From Caldilineaceae bacterium (GTDB taxonomy: Bacteria; Chloroflexota; Anaerolineae; Caldilineales; Caldilineaceae): a DNA stretch of 64,000 nucleotides. Positions 54,910-64,000 of the stretch are shown here, one piece after another. Position 1 is the stretch's first letter. Every line of letters starts with the position of its first letter. The notes under the pieces were generated by a model. The model had not been told where the DNA came from, ran no database searches, and saw only the letters and a program-made list of their open reading frames with translations. The stretch spans positions 4,429,264-4,493,263 of the forward strand of contig OZ241871.1 in the NCBI GenBank assembly GCA_965202955.1, read 5' to 3'. A program made the translations under genes and the position numbers.

Positions 54910-57663
54910 ATGCCAATACGATTCTCCTCCAGCCTCCTGGTCATCCTCTTTATCGCTCTGCTGGCCCTGCTAGTCGCTGGCCCGTTTTGGCAGGTTTCCG
55001 GGCTGCCCGCGGGCACACCCGATGAGCAGCTCCATTCCCACCGCAGCGCGGCGTTTACCCGCGCCTTCGAACAAGGGGTCTACTGGCCTCGTTGGTTTCC
55101 AACCGTCTACAACGGCCTCGGCGCGCCTACTTTTCATCACTACAGCCCGGCCCTTTATTGGCTCGTTGGCGCGACCCACGCGGCCGGCATTCGCCTGGAT
55201 CATGCGCTCAAGCTTGTTATGTCCGCCGCGCTCGTCCTGTCGGCGTTCGGCATCTACGGTTGGCTCCGCTTTGCTTTCAGTCCGGCTGCTGCTCTCGTTG
55301 CCGCAGCGCTCTACCTGCTGCACCCTCACACCCTCACCCGCACCTTCTACTTCGTCGGCGACTATCCCCAGATTCTGGGCCTGATGCTTATGCCCGTCTG
55401 CTTGTGGGCGTTCACTGCGCTCTACATGCAGGGGCGCCGGCGCCATTGGCTGGCCGCGGTCGGCGCCCTCGCCGCCCTCGCATTCAGCCACAATCTGACC
55501 GCAATGACCGGCGGGGGGGTCCTTGCACTCTATTGGCTACTCCTTGCGATCGGCTACAGACGGCTGGACGGACTGGCGCGCTGCGGGCTGGCCGCGCTGG
55601 TCGCCGCGCTCGTTTCGGCCGCATTCTGGCTTCCATCGCTCGCCGACCTGACTTTCGTGCAAATCGAAAATGCGCGCGAAGAGTTCTTCCACTTCAGCAA
55701 CCACTTTCTCAGTTGGCAAGACCTCTTCGCAGTACAATCTCCTGTCCTCGACAGCCGTGCAGGCACGCCGCTCAAGCCTCCCGTTACCTTCGGCGCCGCG
55801 ACCTGGCTTGCTCTCGTCGCCGGACTGGTCAGCTTTCCTTTCGCGACGCGGCGCGCCGGTCGATATTGGGGCCTCGGGGGCGCCTTGCTTGCACTTTTGC
55901 TGCTCGCGCTAACCCTCAATGCTACCGAGCTGCTGTGGGAGCATCTTCCCGGTCTGAGTTTCGTCCAGTTTCCTTCCCGCTTCCTTTCACTTGCCCCGTT
56001 TGGCGCGCTGCCGGCGGCCGCCTTGGCCGTCGATGCCTGGCGGCCGAGCCGGCGCTACGCGCCTGCAGTCATCCTGACAGCCGCCTGCGCAATTGTGCTC
56101 TCCCCCTATCTCTTTCCTTCCCATACACCCTTTACTCCACCCCACCAAATGGAGACCTCGTCCGCCGAAGACATCCTCCATTCCGAACAGGTGGGCGGCG
56201 CCTGGGGAATGACGGGAAGCAACGAGTTTCTCGTCAAAGGGGCGGACATGAACGTGATCGCCGGAAACAGCCCCGAACCAGCTGCAGCCAGCGTCATCTG
56301 GCGTTCCCCCCACGAAGCCGTCGCCGATCTGACTGGCTTGGCCGAACCGGTTCTGCTCAGGCTGCACTTCCACCCCGGCTGGGGCGCGGGGACCCAGGCC
56401 ATGCTGGAACCCGGTACAGCCGGCTGGATGCAGGTGACCGAAATCAGAGACCCTGACCAACCCCTCGTGATGAGCTGGCAGGGAACCGTCTGGCAGAGAC
56501 GCGGTGAGCGCCTCAGCCTGCTGGGAGTCGGCGCGGCCGCATTCGGCTTTCTCTTTATCGCGTTCAGACGCCGGCAGACCGACCGACCAGCCCGGACGCA
56601 GCCAACCGGCGCGGCCCCGCCAAGGGAGCCCCGTCCCACACTTCTCGCAGTCGGGGCAACGGTCATCTGCCTCCTGACCTTTAATGTCGCACGCCTCGCC
56701 ATCAACGGGTCCAGTCGCGGCCCCTTTCTCCTGCATTCTCCGCCGGGTCAGCTGGCATTTGATGTTCAAGGAGAGCCGGTCGTTTTCGGCGACAATGGCG
56801 GCCCTCAAGTAACCTTTCTCGGTTGGGAGATGGTCAGAGGCTCATCGCCCCGCCCAGGCGACCCGATCATCGTTCGTCTTTACTGGCAACCGCATGGCAA
56901 GATTCACGAGCGTCTCAACGGATTCATGCACCTGTACACGCCAGCCATCAAACATTCCTGGGCCACCGGCAACCGGGGCGTCGGCCGGCCCGACTCCCAG
57001 TGGTGGGACCCCAGCAAGTACTACGTTGACGAACTTCGCCTTGTCGTCCCGCCGGACCTGCCTCCAATCACCTATTCGCTCATCGCCGGTATGGTAAAAT
57101 CCACCGGCGAAAGAATGACCGTGCCCGGCTCGGGAGTTGACAACATTCTCACTCTGAGAGACCTGGAAGTCAGACCGACCCGGCCAAGTCTTTTCCAAAA
57201 CACGCGGCCAGGCGTTACTGCGCGCGCCGATACCGACGACGGTTTGCGCCTTCAGGGCTACGACTTGCAGCCGTCGCCCGGCGGCCCGCGTCTTCGCCTC
57301 TTTTGGGAGACACGCGAGGTGCCCACCGCCGACTGGGTCACCTACATTCACCTGCACAATCAACTAGGAGAACGAGTCGCCCAGTTCGACGGCGCCGCCC
57401 TGAGAGGACTCGTCGGCACCAGCGAATGGAGCGCAGACTCACTCTATGTCGACCGCCGCCAACTCCAGTTGCCGGGTGAGCTGCCAGAAGGGGAATACTT
57501 GCTTCGTATAGGGCTGTTCGATCTGACCAACGGGGAGAGACTGCCCCTTAATCCCAGGGACAAATCGGACAGCTTCGAGAGCGGTCAGCTTCTCATTCCG
57601 ATGCGGATCCTGCCACCGGAGGCCGACCCGGAAAGCTGCTACATCTGCGACGGCGATCGGTAG
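54910..57663 (+). CDS. Large polytopic membrane protein, PTPS-related / GT-C-like family, copy 2 (tandem paralog)
   Basis: ATG 54910 (MPIRFSSSLLVILFIALLALLVAGPFWQ) is chosen by analogy with copy 1. PDEQLHSHRSAAFTRAFEQGVYWPRWFPTVYNGLGAPTFHHYSP. Same architecture as copy 1. Confidence 0.8.
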   Translation: MPIRFSSSLLVILFIALLALLVAGPFWQVSGLPAGTPDEQLHSHRSAAFTRAFEQGVYWPRWFPTVYNGLGAPTFHHYSPALYWLVGATHAAGIRLDHALKLVMSAALVLSAFGIYGWLRFAFSPAAALVAAALYLLHPHTLTRTFYFVGDYPQILGLMLMPVCLWAFTALYMQGRRRHWLAAVGALAALAFSHNLTAMTGGGVLALYWLLLAIGYRRLDGLARCGLAALVAALVSAAFWLPSLADLTFVQIENAREEFFHFSNHFLSWQDLFAVQSPVLDSRAGTPLKPPVTFGAATWLALVAGLVSFPFATRRAGRYWGLGGALLALLLLALTLNATELLWEHLPGLSFVQFPSRFLSLAPFGALPAAALAVDAWRPSRRYAPAVILTAACAIVLSPYLFPSHTPFTPPHQMETSSAEDILHSEQVGGAWGMTGSNEFLVKGADMNVIAGNSPEPAAASVIWRSPHEAVADLTGLAEPVLLRLHFHPGWGAGTQAMLEPGTAGWMQVTEIRDPDQPLVMSWQGTVWQRRGERLSLLGVGAAAFGFLFIAFRRRQTDRPARTQPTGAAPPREPRPTLLAVGATVICLLTFNVARLAINGSSRGPFLLHSPPGQLAFDVQGEPVVFGDNGGPQVTFLGWEMVRGSSPRPGDPIIVRLYWQPHGKIHERLNGFMHLYTPAIKHSWATGNRGVGRPDSQWWDPSKYYVDELRLVVPPDLPPITYSLIAGMVKSTGERMTVPGSGVDNILTLRDLEVRPTRPSLFQNTRPGVTARADTDDGLRLQGYDLQPSPGGPRLRLFWETREVPTADWVTYIHLHNQLGERVAQFDGAALRGLVGTSEWSADSLYVDRRQLQLPGELPEGEYLLRIGLFDLTNGERLPLNPRDKSDSFESGQLLIPMRILPPEADPESCYICDGDR

Positions 57664-57706
57664 TAGCCGGCGACCTAGCGCCCGATCCGAATACAGGCAC
57701 GGGAAT

Positions 57707-59320
57707 TCAATCTCTATCCACAATCCAGTGCTGTCCCTCGCGCGCCAGCAGGTCACTCGACTCCGCAGGTCCCCATGTGCCGGCAGGGTATTTGGGCAGA
57801 CGATACGGGCCTGAGCCGTTTGCCGCCAGCGACTCCTGCATGTGCCAACCCTCCAACACTTGCGTGATCCGCTGCCAGGCAATTTCGACTTCGTCCCGCC
57901 GCGTAAACAGGGTCGAATCCCCTAGCACGACATCGAGCAGGAGCCTCTGATAGGCGTCTGGCGGGTCGCCAAAACTGTGGCCGTAGGTGAATTCCAGATT
58001 GACCGGGGTCAGGTTGACCGAAGGGCCGGGTCGCTTGGCCAGCGTTTTCAGCGTGATGCCTTCATCCGGCTGAATCCGCATCGTAAGCACATTGCGGCTC
58101 AAACTTGCACGGCTCACGCCCGGGTGCGGGGCCATCACCGGGACTCCGTCCAGCCCGTCCGTCGTGTCGAACAGGAGGTGCGGCGCCCTGCGGAACGTAA
58201 CCGAGATCTCGGTTGCTTTGCGCGGCAGTGCCTTACCGGTTCGCAAAAAGAACGGAACGCCCTGCCAGCGCCAGTTGTCGATCTCCAGGCGCCAAGCGAC
58301 GTAGGTCTCTGTCGTGGAATCGGGGGCGACACCGTCCTCCTCGAGGTAGGCGGGAACCGGGCGCGTGGCTGCGGTCCCCGCGCCGTACTGGGCGCGCACG
58401 ACGTATTCCGGGACCTCTTCGGGCTGCAGAGGTCGGATAGCCTGTAGCAGGTTCACTTTCTGGTCGCGCACCGCCTTGGCGTCAAACGCGTTCGGCGGCT
58501 CCATTGCCGTCAGCGCCACGAGCTGCAGCAGATGATTTTGCACCATGTCGCGCAGCGCGCCCGATCTTTCGTAGTAACCGCCTCTGCCTTCTACGCCGAT
58601 GCTCTCCGCAACCGTGATCTGGACATTGTCGACGTAGTTGCGGTTCCAGACCGGCTCGAAGATCCCATTGGCAAAGCGGAAAACAAGAACGTTCTGCACC
58701 GTTTCCTTGCCCAAGTAGTGATCGATGCGGTAGACCTGGTCCTCGTCAAAGACCGACAGAACGTGATCGTTGAGCTTGTGCGCGCTCGCCAGGTCGCTGC
58801 CAAACGGCTTCTCGATTACAACGCGGGTCCATTCGTCTTTCACCTTGTGCTCGACCAGGCCGGCGGTACCCAGAAGCGAGATAATCGGTTCGTAGACGGA
58901 TGGCGGCGTGGACAGATAGAAGAGCCGGTTGCCGCCAATGTCCCACTGCTCATCAAGCGAATTGATCCTGTCCCGCAGTTGCTCGAAGCCCTCGGCGTCG
59001 TCGTAGCCGCCTGCCATGTAGTAGAGACGGGGCGCGAAGGCCTCCCAGCCCGCGCTTTGAAAGTCGACTTCCGGGTTGGTCACCATGCTCGCCCGAGCGC
59101 GCTCACGAAACTCCTGATCGGACATTGTGGAGCGTGCGTAGCCCAAGATTATGAAGTTCTGGGGGAGGAGCCGTTGCAGGGCCAGCTTATAGAGCGCGGG
59201 CAGCAGTTTGCGATTGGCCAGGTCGCCTGACGCACCAAAGATTACCATCAACGCCGGCGACGAGACCTGGAACTGTTCATGCGCATCCGGCGACTCTTCC
59301 AGTATGATTCCTTCGCTCAC
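57707..59320 (-). CDS. zwf: Glucose-6-phosphate 1-dehydrogenase
   Basis: [28 protein letters not shown] and NHLLQL motifs. 537 aa. GTG start. Confidence 0.95.
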   Translation of the reverse strand: MSEGIILEESPDAHEQFQVSSPALMVIFGASGDLANRKLLPALYKLALQRLLPQNFIILGYARSTMSDQEFRERARASMVTNPEVDFQSAGWEAFAPRLYYMAGGYDDAEGFEQLRDRINSLDEQWDIGGNRLFYLSTPPSVYEPIISLLGTAGLVEHKVKDEWTRVVIEKPFGSDLASAHKLNDHVLSVFDEDQVYRIDHYLGKETVQNVLVFRFANGIFEPVWNRNYVDNVQITVAESIGVEGRGGYYERSGALRDMVQNHLLQLVALTAMEPPNAFDAKAVRDQKVNLLQAIRPLQPEEVPEYVVRAQYGAGTAATRPVPAYLEEDGVAPDSTTETYVAWRLEIDNWRWQGVPFFLRTGKALPRKATEISVTFRRAPHLLFDTTDGLDGVPVMAPHPGVSRASLSRNVLTMRIQPDEGITLKTLAKRPGPSVNLTPVNLEFTYGHSFGDPPDAYQRLLLDVVLGDSTLFTRRDEVEIAWQRITQVLEGWHMQESLAANGSGPYRLPKYPAGTWGPAESSDLLAREGQHWIVDRD

Positions 59321-59368
59321 GTTTTGATATCCTTTCGCCGAGGGAGTGGGGAGAGTGGGACGATTACC

Positions 59369-60451
59369 TCACTCGCCCTTCCTCGCAAATGCGAACACGG
59401 GAGAACGCACCGACACCTGAAGCGGCTGATCCGCTATGTATCCGTACTGCGGTCCAAGTCGGACGCTCACGTGTGTGCCCGTTGGTAGCTGGACGGTAAC
59501 CAGCTGGTCATGACCGAAAAAGAGCGTTCCGCGCACTCGCGACGCGGGCAGGCCGGGCTGTGCCGCCTGCACCTCGATGTTTTCGGGCCGCAGCAGGATG
59601 TCCACCGGTCCGTAAACGGCTTTCTGTGCCGCGAGGGTTCCCAATTCGCACTCGATCGTCTCGCCCCGCCCGACCCCGGGCAGGAAGTTCGCCTCGCCGA
59701 TGAATTCAGCCACTGCGCGGCTGGCAGGGACGGTGTAGAGCTCGTGCGGAGCCGCCACCTGCTCCACGCGGCCGTTCAGCATGACCGCCACTCGGTCTAC
59801 CAGGCTCAGCGCCTCTTCCTGGTCGTGCGTAACGAATACAGCGGTCGTGTTGGCCGCGCGCAGGATCTCGCGTACCTCTCGGCGTACGCGCGCGCGCAGG
59901 CCGGCGTCCAGGTTGCTGAATGGCTCGTCGAGCAGGATCAGCGCGGGATGAGGAGCCAGGGCCCTTGCCAGGGCGACGCGTTGTTGCTGGCCCCCGCTGA
60001 GCTCGTGGGGCATACGCTCTTCCATGCCCTGCAACCCGGCGAGGTCCAAGACCTCCCTTGTGCGCGCCGTGCGGGCCCCTTGAGGCAGGCGGCGCAATCC
60101 AAACTGGATGTTGGCCAGTACGTTGACGTGGGGGAACAGGGCGTACTCTTGGAAGACCATGCCCACGCGGCGCAGCTGTGGCGGCACGTGGACCCCCTTG
60201 CCGGCCACAATCTTTCCATCGATTTCGACCATGCCGGAATCCAGGCGCTCAAAGCCGGCGATGAGGCGCAGGGTCGTCGTCTTGCCGCATCCAGACGGAC
60301 CCAATAGGGCTATGAGCTCGCCGCGGGTGACTTCCAGCGAAACTTCGTTGGCGGCCACGACCGGCGCGGCCTTCGCGCCAAAGCGCTTGGTGACGCTCTC
60401 CAGCCGCAGCCCGGTATCGGAAGCTCTTGTCGCAAATGACTCTTGATTCAT
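59369..60451 (-). CDS. ABC importer ATPase (FbpC/PotA-type with C-terminal TOBE-like domain)
   Basis: GPSGCGKTT, LSGGQQQRVALARA, LLDEPFSNLD. 360 aa. Confidence 0.9.
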   Translation of the reverse strand: MNQESFATRASDTGLRLESVTKRFGAKAAPVVAANEVSLEVTRGELIALLGPSGCGKTTTLRLIAGFERLDSGMVEIDGKIVAGKGVHVPPQLRRVGMVFQEYALFPHVNVLANIQFGLRRLPQGARTARTREVLDLAGLQGMEERMPHELSGGQQQRVALARALAPHPALILLDEPFSNLDAGLRARVRREVREILRAANTTAVFVTHDQEEALSLVDRVAVMLNGRVEQVAAPHELYTVPASRAVAEFIGEANFLPGVGRGETIECELGTLAAQKAVYGPVDILLRPENIEVQAAQPGLPASRVRGTLFFGHDQLVTVQLPTGTHVSVRLGPQYGYIADQPLQVSVRSPVFAFARKGE

Positions 60452-60478
60452 GGCACGGTTGGCGAGCGACGGAAGGGA

Positions 60479-62182
60479 TTAGGCGCCGCTGACCATCTCT
60501 CTCTCCTCCTGCATGAGGACGAGGAAAATTCCCAGGGCCGACATTGCAAGAAGCATGAGGGCCGGCGCGGCCGCCCTGGCAAAGAAGGCTTCATCGGCCG
60601 CCGACCAGATTTGCGTAGCCAGGGTCGAAAAGCCTGTCGGACTGAGCAACAGCGTCGCCGGCAGCTCCTTCACCGTCGTCAGAAACACCAGCGCCATTCC
60701 CGCCAAAACACCCGGGCGCACAATCGGGGCGGTAATGCGCCAGAAGACTGCGCGCATGCCCAGGCCCAGACTGCGGCCCGCCTCTTCAAGGCGAGGGTTC
60801 ATCTGCATCAGGCTGATCTGCATCGCGCCCATCGCCTGTGGCAAGAAGCGAACGACATAGGCAAAGACGAGCATCCACATCGTCTGGTAGATCCCGGGAG
60901 CGAAATTAGCCCCAAAAAAGACCAGGCTGAGCGCAATGACAATGCCCGGAAGACCGTAACCGACGTAGACCGCACGAGCGGCTATGCCCATCAGCCGGCC
61001 CCGGATTCGTACTGCCGCATAGGCGACCAGAAAACCGAGCGCTGCCGCGGCCAGCGCTGCCAGCGCGCCGGCCTGAAAGCTGTTGAAGGTGGCAACCCAG
61101 ACCGGTTTGAGCGTCTCGCCGGATATGAGCCCCCGCAACAGCCAGTACGTGATAACCGCCGTCGGCATAACGAGCGCGGCCATCACGACTGCTCCGCAGT
61201 AGAGCAACGCGGCCCCTCTCCAGCGCGCAAGTTCGATTCGGCCGCGCGGCGGGGCCACGCCGGCTCCGGCGCGAAAATGGCGAGGGCGTCCGTGTCCCCG
61301 GCTTTTGCGCTCAAATAGCAACAGCATAATGGTAAACACGAGCAACGCCAAGGCGAGCAGAGAGCCCAAATGGCGATCGAAACTGCTCAAATACTGAACG
61401 TAGATCGCACGCGTGAAGCTGTTGTAGCGGAGCAGCGAGACGGCGCCGAAGTCGCTCAGCGTGTAGAGGGCGACCAGCAGGCCGCCTGCGGTTATCGACG
61501 GCCGCAGGTTCGGCAGAGTGACGCGCAGGAAGGTCTCCCATCCGTTGCTCCCCAGCGAACGAGCTGCCTCTTCGATCGAGGTATCAAACCTTTGCAGCGC
61601 GGCGCGCACGCTCATGAATACGTAAGGATATGTGAAGAGCGTCAGTGACCAAAGCGCGCCTGTGAAACCGTAGATTGACGGCAGCCGCTCCACACCTAAC
61701 GGCGCCAGGAGCTCCTGCAACAGCCCGCGGGGGCCGAACATCGCGATCAGAGCGAAGCCTCCCACATAGCTGGGAACGACCAGCGGCATCATCGCTAGCA
61801 CAGTCCAGACGCGTCTCCCGGGCAGGTCTGTGCGCTCGGTCAGCCATGCCAGCGGCAACGCCACCGCGATCGAAAGCACAGTTACGCAGGCCACGAGCAG
61901 GAAACTGTTCCACAGGATACGGACCGTGCGAATGCGCGCCATCAGGTCGACAGCTTCATTCAGACCGGCACCCCCGGCGCGGTAGACCAGGTAGACCATT
62001 GGCAGCAGCATCGCCAGCGCGATCAGCAGGACCAACGTTTGATAGCAGTACCCGGCAATCCTGTAAGCTGACCCGCGAATCTCCAACTCCTTGTGGTGCA
62101 GTGGGCCGGAGTGATAAGCCTTGCGCAGGACCTGAAAGGCGATGCCGCGCGGCGGTGCGTGGGTCTCGGGCTCGTTGCTCAT
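60479..62182 (-). CDS. ABC importer permease, duplicated-domain FbpB/ThiP-type (iron(III) or thiamine class)
   Basis: 567 aa. Two tandem permease domains, each with an EAA-like loop (EEAARSLGSNGWETFLRVTLPNLRP and EEAGRSLGLGMRAVFWRITAPIVRP). Confidence 0.9.
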   Translation of the reverse strand: MSNEPETHAPPRGIAFQVLRKAYHSGPLHHKELEIRGSAYRIAGYCYQTLVLLIALAMLLPMVYLVYRAGGAGLNEAVDLMARIRTVRILWNSFLLVACVTVLSIAVALPLAWLTERTDLPGRRVWTVLAMMPLVVPSYVGGFALIAMFGPRGLLQELLAPLGVERLPSIYGFTGALWSLTLFTYPYVFMSVRAALQRFDTSIEEAARSLGSNGWETFLRVTLPNLRPSITAGGLLVALYTLSDFGAVSLLRYNSFTRAIYVQYLSSFDRHLGSLLALALLVFTIMLLLFERKSRGHGRPRHFRAGAGVAPPRGRIELARWRGAALLYCGAVVMAALVMPTAVITYWLLRGLISGETLKPVWVATFNSFQAGALAALAAAALGFLVAYAAVRIRGRLMGIAARAVYVGYGLPGIVIALSLVFFGANFAPGIYQTMWMLVFAYVVRFLPQAMGAMQISLMQMNPRLEEAGRSLGLGMRAVFWRITAPIVRPGVLAGMALVFLTTVKELPATLLLSPTGFSTLATQIWSAADEAFFARAAAPALMLLAMSALGIFLVLMQEEREMVSGA

Positions 62183-62689
62183 CTACTCTTCGGGCCCGTC
62201 CGCGATCGGGGCAACCGGGAGCGCAGCCGGTCCAAAGCGCAATCCGTACTTTCTCATTGTCGCAGGCCAGAGCAGCCAGACGAGACCGATCAGCGGCTGG
62301 AACAGGGGGAAATAGCCATAATCTGCGCCGAAATGGCGCCATACTGTACGCCCGATGAGTTCGGGCATTGTCAGACTGAGGCCCCCAACCAACAGTGTCA
62401 GGACCGACTCCAATCCCAGAACGCCGACCGAGAGCCACCAGGCCCAGTGCTCGCGACGGGCAAATCCGATGGTGGCGGTCAGATAGCAGACAGCAGCCAC
62501 CAAGCTCAGGCTGGGGGCAAGATAGTTGTCTACGCCTTCTTTTAACAGGAGTTGGAATAGCGCCCGCACACCGGTTGAGAAGGCAAGGAGCGGATAGGAT
62601 ACGGCCAAGATGTGGCCGAAGACGGTCACCAACTCGGTTGACGCTGATTTCGGCCCGGTCGGGCCCAAATCTTCCCCTGGAGTGTGCAT
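62183..62689 (-). CDS. Hypothetical membrane protein (about 4 TM) directly abutting the permease start
   Basis: 168 aa. Its stop TAG (62185-62183) is immediately followed by the permease ATG (62182). No family recognised. Confidence 0.6.
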   Translation of the reverse strand: MHTPGEDLGPTGPKSASTELVTVFGHILAVSYPLLAFSTGVRALFQLLLKEGVDNYLAPSLSLVAAVCYLTATIGFARREHWAWWLSVGVLGLESVLTLLVGGLSLTMPELIGRTVWRHFGADYGYFPLFQPLIGLVWLLWPATMRKYGLRFGPAALPVAPIADGPEE

Positions 62690-62735
62690 GGTCTCTGTCG
62701 AGATTTCCTTCGTATAGTAGGAAGACGCGGTCCGC

Positions 62736-63359
62736 TCAAGAGGCTGCCAGCCACTCCTCTATGAAACTTCTCGCCTCATCGTAGCAGCGAATCACCGGCA
62801 CGGCGGGGTAGTCGTCGACGACGTTCTGCGGGGGATCGAAGAGCACACCGACGTCGGCCCGTTGCAACATGGCGATGTCGTTGTATGAGTCGCCTATCGC
62901 GAGCGTCTGAAACTGAAGCTCGCGGAATGCCGTCACGGCGCAGCGCTTGGATTCATCGAGGCGCAGGCGATAGCCGGTGAGGGTCCCTTCCTTATCGACC
63001 TCCAGCGAGTGGCAGAAAATGGTCGGGTAGCCGAGTTTTGCCATCAGCGGCTTGGCGAACTCGTAAAAGGTATCGGAGAGGATGACAAACTGGGTCCGTT
63101 CGCGGACCCAGGCGGAAAACTCCTCCGCGCCGGGAAGGGGAGAAATCGTAGCGATCACTTCCTGAATATCCTGCAGGCGCAGGCCTCGCTCCTTCAGAAT
63201 CCGGATCCGCATCTGCATGAGTTGGTCGTAGTCGGAGATGTCCCGCGTCGTCAGGCGCAGCTGCTCGATGCCGGTCTTTTCGGCGAAGGCGATCCAGATT
63301 TCGGGAACAAGCACGCCTTCCAGGTCGCTGACGATGAGCCGAGGTCTGGAATCTGCCAA
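62736..63359 (-). CDS. thrH: Phosphoserine phosphatase / homoserine phosphotransferase ThrH (HAD family)
   Basis: [21 protein letters not shown]...[19 protein letters not shown]...[21 protein letters not shown]...[10 protein letters not shown] is near-colinear with Pseudomonas aeruginosa ThrH as I remember it. TTG start 6 nt after GAGAGGAG. Confidence 0.88.
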   Translation of the reverse strand: MADSRPRLIVSDLEGVLVPEIWIAFAEKTGIEQLRLTTRDISDYDQLMQMRIRILKERGLRLQDIQEVIATISPLPGAEEFSAWVRERTQFVILSDTFYEFAKPLMAKLGYPTIFCHSLEVDKEGTLTGYRLRLDESKRCAVTAFRELQFQTLAIGDSYNDIAMLQRADVGVLFDPPQNVVDDYPAVPVIRCYDEARSFIEEWLAAS

Positions 63360-63373
63360 CTGATGCTCCTCTC

Positions 63374-64000
63374 TCAGTAGGTCAAGTCATTATCCGCCAG
63401 ATGTTCGGTCCGGTTCACATAGCGGATGAAGGCCACGCTGCTTCTGCCATTCCAGGGAAGAAAGTCGACGCGCGTGATGCCTGTGTTGTGGTGGTTGAAG
63501 TAGAATTCGTTGCCTGGGAGCCGGCCGACAATCGCCTTGAGCAGACTGTCCATGAATGTGCCGTGGCTGACGGCCGCAATCGAGTCATCTTCGGCCAGCT
63601 CACCCGCCATCCGGTGCAAAGTCTCCAGTACGCGCAGCGCGCGCGCGTGGCATCCCTCCTGATCTTCCTCGCCGCCGTACCACCACCCACCTTCTCCGAT
63701 CCCGTCCAGCCGGAAACCAGGAAACTCCTGGGCCATCTGATCTCGACCCAGGCCCGGGTATCCGACGGCATCGGCGTTCAGGCCCTTGCGTTCGAATATG
63801 CCGCCGTGCTCGTGCAGGTCGATCCAGACGGATGGCTCCTGACTCAAGGCATCGGCGAGCGGCTGCATCGTCTGCATAGTTCGCAGCATCGGGCTGCAGA
63901 AGAGACGCTTGATCGGGTGGCCGCCGAGGTATGTTCCCAGACGGGCGGCCTGTTGCTCACCCATTCCGGTGAGCGGCGGCTCGGCGACCCGCTGAATCAT
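63374..64000 (-). CDS. Histidine phosphatase (phosphoglycerate-mutase-like) family protein, 5' end outside the window
   Basis: The ORF runs off the right edge. [16 protein letters not shown] and AVSHGTFM (second catalytic His region) are typical. The catalytic RHG motif would lie beyond position 64000. Confidence 0.75.
   Translation of the reverse strand: MIQRVAEPPLTGMGEQQAARLGTYLGGHPIKRLFCSPMLRTMQTMQPLADALSQEPSVWIDLHEHGGIFERKGLNADAVGYPGLGRDQMAQEFPGFRLDGIGEGGWWYGGEEDQEGCHARALRVLETLHRMAGELAEDDSIAAVSHGTFMDSLLKAIVGRLPGNEFYFNHHNTGITRVDFLPWNGRSSVAFIRYVNRTEHLADNDLTY

Overview
High-GC, gene-dense bacterial chromosomal segment with about 48 protein-coding genes and no non-coding gap longer than about 450 bp. 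All family calls rest on motifs and domain order read by eye; no searches were run. I found no rRNA, tRNA, CRISPR array, transposase, integrase or phage gene. Many long ORFs in the supplied track are antisense or 5'-over-extended artefacts typical of high-GC DNA, and one real gene at the left edge is missing from the track.

Layout:
(i) 1-27.1 kb is a carbohydrate-utilisation island. It holds a CUT1 ABC importer whose permease pair is flanked by two paralogous lipoprotein binding proteins, a PdaC-like polysaccharide deacetylase, and L-rhamnose mutarotase. An LplABC-type importer is followed by an alpha/alpha-toroid-like hypothetical and a GH95-like glycosidase. Then come a ribokinase-like kinase and an oxygenase-rich block: a ferritin-like diiron protein, an HpcH-family aldolase, a split UxaA-type dehydratase, four PhyH-family Fe(II)/2OG dioxygenases (one fused to HEAT repeats), an MFS transporter and a DUF368 protein. 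This block has no dehydrogenase, lactonase or regulator, and it is my best candidate for an undescribed pathway.
(ii) 27.5-32.7 kb holds a heterodimeric ABC exporter pair and an orphan MsmX/UgpC-type ATPase. All three carry low-complexity inserts at the same position of the nucleotide-binding domain.
(iii) 32.8-43.3 kb is a plus-strand run. It holds a PolX whose three catalytic aspartates are substituted, a start/stop-overlapping membrane protein with a cytoplasmic acidic EPxF-repeat region and an external SH3-like domain, a ligA broken by a one-base frame shift, two hypotheticals (TPR-like and CpXC), cinA and an LCP-family protein.
(iv) 43.3-52 kb is a minus-strand run: methyltransferase, alpha/beta hydrolase, small hypothetical, a decayed CrtI-like oxidoreductase pseudogene, menA, a membrane protein, a YfcH-like SDR and an alpha-glucan phosphorylase.
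(v) 52-64 kb holds two tandem ~900-aa PTPS-related (GT-C-like) membrane proteins, zwf, an Fe3+/thiamine-type ABC importer with no binding-protein gene, thrH and a partial histidine phosphatase.

The gene content suggests a Chloroflexota-like organism, but that is only a guess. Two genes carry single-base frame breaks, so assembly quality is a caveat throughout.
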